A stretch of DNA of 50,100 nucleotides, the filler included, from Yuukianura sp. NJ FZ-2021 (Eukaryota): assembly GCA_046563655.1 (NCBI GenBank). It is 2 parts of 2 records of this genome, joined end to end, with 100 filler letters (N's around TTAATTAATTAA, not from the genome) between each part and the next. Parts side by side here need not be neighbours in the genome. Positions count along the whole stretch, not along the records: positions 1 to 25,000 come from JAJCTO010000019.1; positions 25,101 to 50,100 come from JAJCTO010000020.1. One strand, given 5' to 3'. The position numbers and the translations under genes were made by a program. Below are positions 23,437 to 37,100 of the stretch, piece after piece. Under the pieces are notes generated by a model. The model saw only the letters and a program-made list of their open reading frames with translations, ran no database searches and was not told where the DNA came from. The stretch's first letter is position 1; every line of letters begins with the position of its first letter.

Positions 23437-25000
23437 TTGTTCTTTACACACTCTGGGGGCGGTGATAATTTCAGACGTCGAGGGTGCTGGTGTTTGGTAT
23501 TATATGCACTAAAACACTTTTCCATTTCACATCGTACAGTTTGCTGCTGAATACGTTGTATTTTGACTCAAGTTAAGACTTAGAAGATTCCTGCGTTAAC
23601 TCAAAAAAGGTCAGCTTGCTGCACTAAAAATAGCAACACGCAGAAGATGCTAAGAAATTGTTCTCAGCACACACTCTGGGGGTGGTGATGATTTCAGACG
23701 TCGAGGGTGCTGGTGTTCGGTATTATATGCACTGAAACACTTTTCCATTTTACATCGTACAGTTTGCTGCTGAATACGTTGTATTTTCACTCAAGTTAAG
23801 ACGTAGAAGATTCCTGCGTTAACTCAAAGGAGGTCAGTTTGCTGCACCAAAAATAGCAACACGCTGAAGATGCTAAGAAATTCTTCTCAGCACACACTCT
23901 GGGGGCGGTGATAATTTCAGACGTCGAGGGTGCTGGTGTTTGGTATTATATGCACTAAAACACTTTTCCATTTCACATCGTACAGTTTGCTGCTGAATAC
24001 GTTGTATTTTGACTCAAGTTAAGACGTAGAAGATTCCTGCGTTAACTCAAAAAGGTCAGCTTGCTGGACTAAAAATAGCAACACGCAGAAGATGCTAAGA
24101 AATTGTTCTCAGCACACACTCTGGGAGTGGTGATAATTTCAGACGTCGAGGGTGCTGGTATTTGGTATTTTATGCACTAAAACACTTTTCCATTTCACAT
24201 CGTACAGTTTGCTGCTGAATACGTTGTATTTTGACTCAACATAAGACGTAGAAGATTCCTGCGTTAACTCAAAAAAGGTCAGTTTTCTGCACTAAAAATT
24301 GCAACACGCAGAAGATGCTAAGAAATTGTTCTCAGCACACACTCTGGGGGTGGTGATAATTTCAGACGTCGAGGGTGCTGGTATTTGGTATTATATGCAC
24401 TAAAACACTTTTCCATTTTACATCGTACAGTTTGCTGCTGAGTACGTTGTATTTTGACTCAAGTTAAGACTTAGAAGATTCCTGCGTTAACTCAAAGGAG
24501 GTCAGTTTGCTGCACTAAAAATAGCAACACGCTGAAGATGCTAAGAAATTGTTCTCAGCACACATTCTGGGTTCGGTGATAATTTCAGACGTCGAGGGTG
24601 CTGGTGTTTGGTATTATATGCACTAAAACACTTTTCCATTTTACATCGTACAGTTTGCTGCTGAATACGTTGTATTTTGACTCAAGTTAAGACGTAGAAG
24701 ATTCCTGCGTTAACTCAAAAAAGGTCGGCTTGCTGCACTAAAAATAGCAACACGCAGAAGATGCTAAGAAATTGTTCTCAGCACACACTCTGGGGGTGGT
24801 GATAATTTCAGACGTCGAGGGTGCTGGTGTTTGGTATTATATGCACTAAAACACTTTTCCATTTCACATCGTACAGTTTGCTGCTGAATACGTTGTATTT
24901 TGACTCAACATAAGACGTAGAAGATTCCTGCGTTAACTCAAAGGAGGTCAGTTTGCTGCACTAAAAATAGCAACACGCTGAAGATGCTAAGAAATTGTTC
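23437..25000. repeat. Tandem satellite, 223-bp monomer, about 7 copies, running into the gap
   Basis: CTCTGGG anchor (one TTCTGGG variant) at 23451, 23674, 23897, 24119, 24342, 24565, 24788 (spacing 222-223). Confidence 0.95.
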
Positions 25001-25100
25001 NNNNNNNNNNNNNNNNNNNNNNNNNNNNNNNNNNNNNNNNNNNNTTAATTAATTAANNNNNNNNNNNNNNNNNNNNNNNNNNNNNNNNNNNNNNNNNNNN
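25001..25100. other. Artificial gap/linker: N44-TTAATTAATTAA-N44
   Basis: Symmetric 100-nt spacer whose core puts a stop codon in all six frames. Confidence 0.95.
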
Positions 25101-28100
25101 TTGAAAATTCTTCGAAAGCCATATATCCCTTCCACCATGATTCTGCGTCAGATGCTACATGACAAATTGCTTTACGTTGTTTTCAAAAAACCGTATGAAA
25201 ATCATAAAATGTCAATGTATTACTACCAAGTCCCTATAGCGTAAAAGTTGAAAATTCTTCAAAAGCCTTATATCCCTTCCACGATGATTCTGCGTCAGAT
25301 GTTATGTGAAAAACTGCTTTACACTGGTTTCAAAAAACCGTGCAAAAATCATAAACTGTCAATGTATAACTAACAAGTCCGTATAGCGTAAAAGTTGAAA
25401 ATTCTTCAAAAGCCTTATATCCCTTCCACGATGGTTCTGCGTCAGATGTTAGGTGAAAAATTGCTTTACACTGGTTTCAAAAAACCGTGTAAAAATCATA
25501 AAATGTCAATGTATTACTACCAAGTCTCTATAGCGTAAAAGTTGAAAATTCTTCAAAGGCTTTACATCCATTCCACGATGATTCTGCGTCAGATGTTAGG
25601 TGAAAAATTGCTTTACACTGGTTTCAAAAAACAGTGTGAAAATCATAAAATGTCAATGTATAACTAGCAAGTCCGTATAGCGTAAAAGTTGAAAATTCTT
25701 CGAAAGCCATTTATCCCTTCCACCATGATTCTGCGTCAGATGCTACATGACAAATTGCTTTACGTTGGTTTCAAAAAACCGTATGAAAATCATAAAATGT
25801 CAATGTATTACTACCAAGTCCCTATAGCGTAAAAGTTGAAAATTCTTCAAAAGCCTTATATCACTTCCACGATGATTCTGCGTCAGATGTTATGTGAAAA
25901 ATTGCTTTACACTGGTTTCAAAAAACCGTGCAAAAATCATAAACTGTCAATGTATTACTACCAAGTCCCTATAGCGTAAAAGTTGAAAACTCTTCAAAGG
26001 CTTTATATCCCTTCGACGATGATTCTGCGTCAGATGTTAGGTGACAAATTGCTTTAAATTTATTTTACATACACTGGTTTCAAAAAACCGTGTGTAATTA
26101 TAAAATGTCAATGTATAACTAGCAAGTCCGTATAGCGTAAAAGTTGAAAATTCTTCAAAAGCCTTATATCCCTTCCACGATGATTCTGCGTCAGATGTTA
26201 TGTGAAAAATTGCTTTACACTGGTTTCAAAAAACCGTGCAAAAATCATAAACTGTCAATGTATAACTAACAAGTCCGTATAGCGTAAAAGTTGAAAATTC
26301 TTCAAAAGCCTTATATCCCTTCCACGATGGTTCTGCGTCAGATGTTAGGTGAAAAATTGCTTTACACTGGTTTCAAAAAACCGTGTAAAAATCATAAAAT
26401 GTCAATGTATTACTACCAAGTCTCTATAGCGTAAAAGTTGAAAATTCTTCAAAGGCTTTACATCCATTCCACGATGATTCTGCGTCAGATGTTAGGTGAA
26501 AAATTGCTTTGCACTGGTATCAAAAAACCGTGTGAAAATCATAAAACGGCAATGTATTACTACCAAGTCTCTATAGCGTAAAAGTTGAAAATTCTTCAAA
26601 GGCCTTATATCCCTTCAACGATGATTCTGGGGTCAGATGTTAGGTGAAAAATTTCTTTAAATTTATTTTACATACACTGGTTTCAAAAAACCGTGTGTAA
26701 TTATAAAATGTCAATGTATAACTAACAAGTCCGTATAGCGTAAAAGTTGAAAATCCTTCAAAAGCCTTATATCCCTTCCACGATGGTTCTGCGTCAGATG
26801 TTAGGTGAAAAATTGCTTTACACTGGTTTCAAAAAACCGTGTAAAAATCATAAAGGTCAATGTATTACTACCAAGTCTCTATAGCGTTAAAGTTGAAAAT
26901 TCTTCAAAGGCCTTACATCCATTCCACGATGATTCTGCATCAGATGTTAGGTGAAAAATTGCTTTACACTGGTTTCAAAAAACAGTGTGAAAATCATAAA
27001 ATGTCAATGTATAACTAGCAAGTCCGTATAGCGTAAAAGTTGAAAATTCTTCAAAAGCCTTATATCCGTTCAACGATGATTCTGCGTCAGATGTTAGGTG
27101 AAAAATTGCTTTGCACTAGTTTCAAAAAACCGCGTGAAAATCATAAAATGTCAATGTATTACTACCAAGTCCCTATAGCGTAAAAGTTGAAAATTCTTCA
27201 AAAGCCATATATCCCTTCCACGATGGTTCTGCGTCAGATGTTAGGTGAAAAATTGCTTTGCATTGGTATCAAAAAACCGTGTGAAAATCATAAAACGGCA
27301 ATGTATTACTACCAAGTCTCTATAGCGTAAAAGTTGAAAATCCTTCAAAGGCCTTATATCCCTTCAACGATGATTCTGGGGTCAGATGTTAGGTGAAAAA
27401 TTTCTTTAAATTTATTTTACATACACTGGTTTCAAAAAACCGTGTGTAATTATAAAATGTCAATGTATAACTAACAAGTCCGTATAGCGTAAAAGTTGAA
27501 AATTCTTCAAAAGCCTTATATCCCTTCCACGATGGTTCTGCGTCAGATGTTAGGTGAAAAATTGCTTTACACTGGTTTCAAAAAACCGTGTAATAATCAT
27601 AAAGGTCAATGTATTACTACCAAGTCTCTATAGCGTAAAAGTTGAAAATTCTTCAAAGGCCTTACATCCATTCCACGATGATTCTGCATCAGATGTTAGG
27701 TGAAAAATTGCTTTACACTGGTTTCAAAAAACAGTGTGAAAATCATAAAATGTCAATGTATAACTAGCAAGTCCGTATAGCGTAAAAGTTGAAAATTCTT
27801 CAAAAGCCTTATATCCCTTCTACGATGATTCTGCGTCAGATGTTAGGTGAAAAATTGCTTTGCACTGGTTTCAAAAAACCGTGTAAAAATCATAAAATGT
27901 CAATGTATTACTACCAAGTCCCTATAGCGTAAAAGTTGAAAATTCTTCAAAAGCCATATATCCCTTCCACGATGGTTCTGCGTCAGATGTTAGGTGAAAA
28001 ATTGCTTTGCACTGGTATCAAAAAACCGTGTGAAAATCATAAAACGGCAATGTATTACTACCAAGTCTCTATAGCGTAAAAGTTGAAAATTCTTCAAAGG

Positions 28101-31100
28101 CCTTATATCCCTTCAACGATGATTCTGGGGTCAGATGTTAGATGAAAAATTTCTTTAAATTTATTTTACATACACTGGTTTCAAAAAACCGTGTGTAATT
28201 ATAAAATGTCAATGTATAACTAACAAGTCCGTATAGCGTAAAAGTTGAAAATTCTTCAAAAGCCTTATATCCCTTCCACGATGGTTCTGCGTCAGATGTT
28301 AGGTGAAAAATTGCTTTACACTGGTTTCAAAAAACCGTGTAAAAATCATAAAATGTCAATGTATTACTACCAAGTCTCTATAGCGTAAAAGTTGAAAATT
28401 CTTCAAAGGCTTTACATCCATTCCACGATGATTCTGCGTCAGATGTTAGGTGAAAAATTGCTTTACACTGGTTTCAAAAAACAGTGTGAAAATCATAAAA
28501 TGTCAATGTATAACTAGCAAGTCCGTATAGCGTAAAAGTTGAAAATTCTTCGAAAGCCATATATCCCTTCCACCATGATTCTGCGTCAGATGCTACATGA
28601 CAAATTGCTTTACGTTGGTTTCAAAAAACCGTATGAAAATCATAAAATGTCAATGTATTACTACCAAGTCCCTATAGCGTAAAAGTTGAAAATTCTTCAA
28701 AAGCCTTATATCACTTCCACGATGATTCTGCGTCAGATGTTATGTGAAAAATTGCTTTACACTGGTTTCAAAAAACCGTGCAAAAATCATAAACTGTCAA
28801 TGTATTACTACCAAGTCCCTATAGCGTAAAAGTTGAAAACTCTTCAAAGGCCTTATATCCCTTCGACGATGATTCTGCGTCAGATGTTAGGTGACAAATT
28901 GCTTTAAATTTATTTTACATACACTGGTTTCAAAAAACCGTGTGTAATTATAAAATGTCAATGTATAACTAGCAAGTCCGTATAGCGTAAAAGTTGAAAA
29001 TTCTTCGAAAGCCATATATCCCTTCCACCATGATTCTGCGTCAGATGCTACATGACAAATTGCTTTACGTTGGTTTCAAAAAACCGTATGAAAATCATAA
29101 AATGTCAATGTATTACTACCAAGTCCCTATAGCGTAAAAGTTGAAAATTCTTCAAAAGCCTTATATCCCTTCCACGATGATTCTGCGTCAGATGTTATGT
29201 GAAAAACTGCTTTACACTGGTTTCAAAAAACCGTGCAAAAATCATAAACTGTCAATGTATAACTAACAAGTCCGTATAGCGTAAAAGTTGAAAATTCTTC
29301 AAAAGCCTTATATCCCTTCCACGATGGTTCTGCGTCAGATGTTAGGTGAAAAATTGCTTTACACTGGTTTCAAAAAACCGTGTAAAAATCATAAAATGTC
29401 AATGTATTACTACCAAGTCTCTATAGCGTAAAAGTTGAAAATTCTTCAAAGGCTTTACATCCATTCCACGATGATTCTGCGTCAGATGTTAGGTGAAAAA
29501 TTGCTTTACACTGGTTTCAAAAAACAGTGTGAAAATCATAAAATGTCAATGTATAACTAGCAAGTCCGTATAGCGTAAAAGTTGAAAATTCTTCGAAAGC
29601 CATATATCCCTTCCACCATGATTCTGCGTCAGATGCTACATGACAAATTGCTTTACGTTGGTTTCAAAAAACCGTATGAAAATCATAAAATGTCAATGTA
29701 TTACTACCAAGTCCCTATAGCGTAAAAGTTGAAAATTCTTCAAAAGCCTTATATCACTTCCACGATGATTCTGCGTCAGATGTTATGTGAAAAATTGCTT
29801 TACACTGGTTTCAAAAAACCGTGCAAAAATCATAAACTGTCAATGTATTACTACCAAGTCCCTATAGCGTAAAAGTTGAAAACTCTTCAAAGGCTTTATA
29901 TCCCTTCGACGATGATTCTGCGTCAGATGTTAGGTGACAAATTGCTTTAAATTTATTTTACATACACTGGTTTCAAAAAACCGTGTGTAATTATAAAATG
30001 TCAATGTATAACTAGCAAGTCCGTATAGCGTAAAAGTTGAAAATTCTTCGAAAGCCATATATCCCTTCCACCATGATTCTGCGTCAGATGCTACATGACA
30101 AATTGCTTTACGTTGGTTTCAAAAAACCGTATGAAAATCATAAAATGTCAATGTATTACTACCAAGTCCCTATAGCGTAAAAGTTGAAAATTCTTCAAAA
30201 GCCTTATATCCCTTCCACGATGATTCTGCGTCAGATGTTATGTGAAAAACTGCTTTACACTGGTTTCAAAAAACCGTGCAAAAATCATAAACTGTCAATG
30301 TATAACTAACAAGTCCGTATAGCGTAAAAGTTGAAAATTCTTCAAAAGCCTTATATCCCTTCCACGATGGTTCTGCGTCAGATGTTAGGTGAAAAATTGC
30401 TTTACACTGGTTTCAAAAAACCGTGTAAAAATCATAAAATGTCAATGTATTACTACCAAGTCTCTATAGCGTAAAAGTTGAAAATTCTTCAAAGGCTTTA
30501 CATCCATTCCACGATGATTCTGCGTCAGATGTTAGGTGAAAAATTGCTTTACACTGGTTTCAAAAAACAGTGTGAAAATCATAAAATGTCAATGTATAAC
30601 TAGCAAGTCCGTATAGCGTAAAAGTTGAAAATTCTTCGAAAGCCATATATCCCTTCCACCATGATTCTGCGTCAGATGCTACATGACAAATTGCTTTACG
30701 TTGGTTTCAAAAAACCGTATGAAAATCATAAAATGTCAATGTATTACTACCAAGTCCCTATAGCGTAAAAGTTGAAAATTCTTCAAAAGCCTTATATCAC
30801 TTCCACGATGATTCTGCGTCAGATGTTATGTGAAAAATTGCTTTACACTGGTTTCAAAAAACCGTGCAAAAATCATAAACTGTCAATGTATTACTACCAA
30901 GTCCCTATAGCGTAAAAGTTGAAAACTCTTCAAAGGCTTTATATCCCTTCGACGATGATTCTGCGTCAGATGTTAGGTGACAAATTGCTTTAAATTTATT
31001 TTACATACACTGGTTTCAAAAAACCGTGTGTAATTATAAAATGTCAATGTATAACTAGCAAGTCCGTATAGCGTAAAAGTTGAAAATTCTTCGAAAGCCA

Positions 31101-34100
31101 TATATCCCTTCCACCATGATTCTGCGTCAGATGCTACATGACAAATTGCTTTACGTTGGTTTCAAAAAACCGTATGAAAATCATAAAATGTCAATGTATT
31201 ACTACCAAGTCCCTATAGCGTAAAAGTTGAAAATTCTTCAAAAGCCTTATATCCCTTCCACGATGATTCTGCGTCAGATGTTATGTGAAAAACTGCTTTA
31301 CACTGGTTTCAAAAAACCGTGCAAAAATCATAAACTGTCAATGTATAACTAACAAGTCCGTATAGCGTAAAAGTTGAAAATTCTTCAAAAGCCTTATATC
31401 CCTTCCACGATGGTTCTGCGTCAGATGTTAGGTGAAAAATTGCTTTACACTGGTTTCAAAAAGCCGTGTAAAAATCATAAAATGTCAATGTATTACTACC
31501 AAGTCTCTATAGCGTAAAAGTTGAAAATTCTTCAAAGGCTTTACATCCATTCCACGATGATTCTGCGTCAGATGTTAGGTGAAAAATTGCTTTACACTGG
31601 TTTCAAAAAACAGTGTGAAAATCATAAAATGTCAATGTATAACTAGCAAGTCCGTATAGCGTAAAAGTTGAAAATTCTTCGAAAGCCATATATCCCTTCC
31701 ACCATGATTCTGCGTCAGATGCTACATGACAAATTGCTTTACGTTGGTTTCAAAAAACCGTATGAAAATCATAAAATGTCAATGTATTACTACCAAGTCC
31801 CTATAGCGTAAAAGTTGAAAATTCTTCAAAAGCCTTATATCACTTCCACGATGATTCTGCGTCAGATGTTATGTGAAAAATTGCTTTACACTGGTTTCAA
31901 AAAACCGTGCAAAAATCATAAACTGTCAATGTATTACTACCAAGTCCCTATAGCGTAAAAGTTGAAAACTCTTCAAAGGCTTTATATCCCTTCGACGATG
32001 ATTCTGCGTCAGATGTTAGGTGACAAATTGCTTTAAATTTATTTTACATACACTGGTTTCAAAAAACCGTGTGTAATTATAAAATGTCAATATATAACTA
32101 GCAAGTCCGTATAGCGTAAAAGTTGAAAATTTTTCAAAAGCCTTATATCCCTTCCACGATGATTCTGCGTCAGATGTTATGTGAAAAATTGCTTTACACT
32201 GGTTTCAAAAAACCGTGCAAAAATCATAAACTGTCAATGTATAACTAACAAGTCCGTATAGCGTAAAAGTTGAAAATTCTTCAAAAGCCTTATATCCCTT
32301 CCACGATGGTTCTGCGTCAGATGTTAGGTGAAAAATTGCTTTACACTGGTTTCAAAAAACCGTGTAAAAATCATAAAATGTCAATGTATTACTACCAAGT
32401 CTCTATAGCGTAAAAGTTGAAAATTCTTCAAAGGCTTTACATCCATTCCACGATGATTCTGCGTCAGATGTTAGGTGAAAAATTGCTTTACACTGGTTTC
32501 AAAAAACAGTGTGAAAATCATAAAATGTCAATGTATAACTAGCAAGTCCGTATAGCGTAAAAGTTGAAAATTCTTCGAAAGCCATATATCCCTTCCACCA
32601 TGATTCTGCGTCAGATGCTACATGACAAATTGCTTTACGTTGGTTTCAAAAAACCGTATGAAAATCATAAAATGTCAATGTATTACTACCAAGTCCCTAT
32701 AGCGTAAAAGTTGAAAATTCTTCAAAAGCCTTATATCCCTTCCACGATGATTCTGCGTCAGATGCTACATGACAAAATGCTTTACGTTGGTTTCAAAAAA
32801 CCGTATGAAAATCATAAAATGTCAATGTATTACTACCAAGTCCGTATAGCGTAAAAGTTGAAAATTCTTCAAAAGCCTTATATCCCTTCTACGATGGTTC
32901 TGCGTCAGATGTTAGGTGAAAAATTGCTTTGCACTGGTATCAAAAAACCGTGTGAAAATCATAAAACGGCAATGTATTACTACCAAGTCTCTATAGCGTA
33001 AAAGTTGAAAATTCTTCAAAGGCCTTATATCCCTTCAACGATGATTCTGGGGTCAGATGTTAGGTGAAAAATTTCTTTAAATTTATTTTACATACACTGG
33101 TTTCAAAAAACCGTGTGTAATTATAAAATGTCAATGTATAACTAACAAGTCCGTATAGCGTAAAAGTTGAAAATTCTTCAAAAGCCTTATATCCCTTCCA
33201 CGATGGTTCTGCGTCAGATGTTAGGTGAAAAATTGCTTTACACTGGTTTCAAAAAACCGTGTAAAAATCATAAAGGTCAATGTATTACTACCAAGTCTCT
33301 ATAGCGTAAAAGTTGAAAATTCTTCAAAGGCCTTACATCCATTCCACGATGATTCTGCGTCAGATGTTAGGTGAAAAATTGCTTTACACTGGTTTCAAAA
33401 AACAGTGTGAAAATCATAAAATGTCAATGTATAACTAGCAAGTCCGTATAGCGTAAAAGTTGAAAATTCTTCGAAAGCCATATATCCCTTCCACCATGAT
33501 TCTGCGTCAGATGCTACATGACAAATTGCTTTACGTTGGTTTCACAAAACCGTATGAAAATCATAAAATGTCAATGTATTACTACCAAGTCCCTATAGCG
33601 TAAAAGTTGAAAATTCTTCAAAAGCCTTATATCCCTTCCACGATGATTCTGCGTCAAATGTTATGTGAAAAATTGCTTTACACTGGTTTCAAAAAACCGT
33701 GCAAAAATCATAAACTGTCAATGTATTACTACCAAGTCCCTATAGCGTAAAAGTTGAAAATTCTTCAAAGGCCTTATATCCCTTCGACGATGATTCCGAG
33801 TCAGATGTTAGGTGACAAATTGCTTTAAATTTATTTTACATACACTGGTTTCAAAAAACCGTGTGTAATTATAAAATGTCAATGTATAACGAGCAAGTCC
33901 GTATAGCGTAAAAGTTGAAAATTCTTCAAAAGCCTTATATCCCTTCCACGATGGTTCTGCGTCAGATGTTATGTGAAAAATTGCTTTACACTGGTTTCAA
34001 AAAACCGTGCAAAAATCATAAACTGTCAATGTATTACTACCAAGTCCCTATAGCGTAAAAGTTGAAAATTCTTCAAAGGCCTTATATCCCTTCGACGATG

Positions 34101-37100
34101 ATTCTGCGTCAGATCTTAGGTGACAAATTGCTTTAAATTTATTTTACATACACTGGTTTCAAAAAACCGTGTGTAATTATAAAATGTCAATGTATAACTA
34201 GCAAGTCCTTATAGCGTAAAAGTTGAAAATTCTTCGAAAGCCATATATCCCTTCCACCATGATTCTGCGTCAGATGCTACATGACAAATTGCTTTACGTT
34301 GGTTTCAAAAAACCGTATGAAAATCATAAAATGTCAATGTATTACTACCAAGTCCCTATAGCGTAAAAGTTGAAAATTCTTCAAAAGCCTTATATCCCTT
34401 CCACGATGATTCTGCGTCAGATGTTATGTGAAAAATTGCTTTACACTGGTTTCAAAAAACCGTGCAAAAATCATAAACTGTCAATGTATAACTAACAAGT
34501 CCGTATAGCGTAAAAGTTGAAAATTCTTCAAAAGCCTTATATCCCTTCCACGATGGTTCTGCGTCAGATGTTAGGTGAAAAATTGCTTTACACTGGTTTC
34601 AAAAAACCGTGTAAAAATTATAAAATGTCAATGTATTACTACCAAGCCTCTATAGCGTAAAAGTTGAAAATTCTTCAAAGGCTTTACATCCATTCCACGA
34701 TGATTCTGCGTCAGATGTTATGTGAAAAACTGCTTTACACTGGTTTCAAAAAACCGTGCAAAAATCATAAACTGTCAATGTATAACTAACAAGTCCGTAT
34801 AGCGTAAAAGTTGAAAATTCTTCAAAAGCCTTATATCCCTTCCACGATGGTTCTGCGTCAGATGTTAGGTGAAAAATTGCTTTACACTGGTTTCAAAAAA
34901 CCGTGTAAAAATCATAAAATGTCAATGTATTACTACCAAGCCTCTATAGCGTAAAAGTTGAAAATTCTTCAAAGGCCTTACATCCATTCCACGATGATTC
35001 TGCGTCAGATGTTATGTGAAAAACTGCTTTACACTGGTTTCAAAAAACCGTGCAAAAATCATAAACTGTCAATGTATAACTAACAAGTCCGTATAGCGTA
35101 AAAGTTGAAAATTCTTCAAAAGCCTTATATCCCTTCCACGATGGTTCTGCGTCAGATGTTAGGTGAAAAATTGCTTTACACTGGTTTCAAAAAACCGTGT
35201 AAAAATCATAAAATGTCAATGTATTACTACCAAGTCTCTATAGCGTAAAAGTTGAAAATTCTTCAAAGGCTTTACATCCATTCCACGATGATTCTGCGTC
35301 AGATGTTAGGTGAAAAATTGCTTTACACTGGTTTCAAAAAACAGTGTGAAAATCATAAAATGTCAATGTATAACTAGCAAGTCCGTATAGCGTAAAAGTT
35401 GAAAATTCTTCGAAAGCCATATATCCCTTCCACCATGATTCTGCGTCAGATGCTACATGACAAATTGCTTTACGTTGGTTTCAAAAAACCGTATGAAAAT
35501 CATAAAATGTCAATGTATTACTACCAAGTCCCTATAGCGTAAAAGTTGAAAATTCTTCAAAAGCCTTATATCCCTTCCACGATGATTCTGCGTCAGATGC
35601 TACATGACAAAATGCTTTACGTTGGTTTCAAAAAACCGTGTGAAAATCATAAAACGGCAATGTATTACTACCAAGTCTCTATAGCGTAAAAGTTGAAAAT
35701 TCTTCAAAGGCCTTATATCCCTTCAACGATGATTCTGGGGTCAGATGTTAGGTGAAAAATTTCTTTAAATTTATTTTACATACACTGGTTTCAAAAAACC
35801 GTGTGTAATTATAAAATGTCAATGTATAACTAACAAGTCCGTATAGCGTAAAAGTTGAAAATTCTTCAAAAGCCTTATATCCCTTCCACGATGGTTCTGC
35901 GTCAGATGTTAGGTGAAAAATTGCTTTACACTGGTTTCAAAAAACCGTGTAAAAATCATAAAGGTCAATGTATTACTACCAAGTCTCTATAGCGTAAAAG
36001 TTGAAAATTCTTCAAAGGCCTTACATCCATTCCACGATGATTCTGCGTCAGATGTTAGGTGAAAAATTGCTTTACACTGGTTTCAAAAAACAGTGTGAAA
36101 ATCATAAAATGTCAATGTATAACTAGCAAGTCCGTATAGCGTAAAAGTTGAAAATTCTTCGAAAGCCATATATCCCTTCTACCATGATTCTGCGTCAGAT
36201 GCTACATGACAAATTGCTTTACGTTGGTTTCAAAAAACCGTATGAAAATCATAAAATGTCAATGTATTACTACCAAGTCCATATAGCGTAAAAGTTGAAA
36301 ATTCTTCAAAAGCCTTATATCCCTTCCACGATGATTCTGCGTCAAATGTTATGTGAAAAATTGCTTTACACTGGTTTCAAAAAACCGTGCAAAAATCATA
36401 AACTGTCAATGTATTACTACCAAGTCCCTATAGCGTAAAAGTTGAAAATTCTTCAAAGGCCTTATATCCCTTCGACGATGATTCCGAGTCAGATGTTAGG
36501 TGACAAATTGCTTTAAATTTATTTTACATACACTGGTTTCAAAAAACCGTGTGTAATTATAAAATGTCAATGTATAACGAGCAAGTCCGTATAGCGTAAA
36601 AGTTGAAAATTCTTCAAAAGCCTTATATCCCTTCCACGATGGTTCTGCGTCAGATGTTATGTGAAAAATTGCTTTACACTGGTTTCAAAAAACCGTGCAA
36701 AAATCATAAACTGTCAATGTATTACTACCAAGTCCCTATAGCGTAAAAGTTGAAAATTCTTCAAAGGCCTTATATCCCTTCGACGATGATTCTGCGTCAG
36801 ATGTTAGGTGACAAATTGCTTTAAATTTATTTTACATACACTGGTTTCAAAAAACCGTGTGTAATTATAAAATGTCAATGTATAACTAGCAAGTCCTTAT
36901 AGCGTAAAAGTTGAAAATTCTTCGAAAGCCATATATCCCTTCCACCATGATTCTGCGTCAGATGCTACATGACAAATTGCTTTACGTTGGTTTCAAAAAA
37001 CCGTATGAAAATCATAAAATGTCAATGTATTACTACCAAGTCCCTATAGCGTAAAAGTTGAAAATTCTTCAAAAGCCTTATATCCCTTCCACGATGATTC

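Noticed and set aside
23437..25400. Common origin of the 223-bp and 147-bp satellites
   Set aside because: Only short shared words (GATTC(C)TGCGT, AGATGCTA), with no colinear similarity visible by eye.
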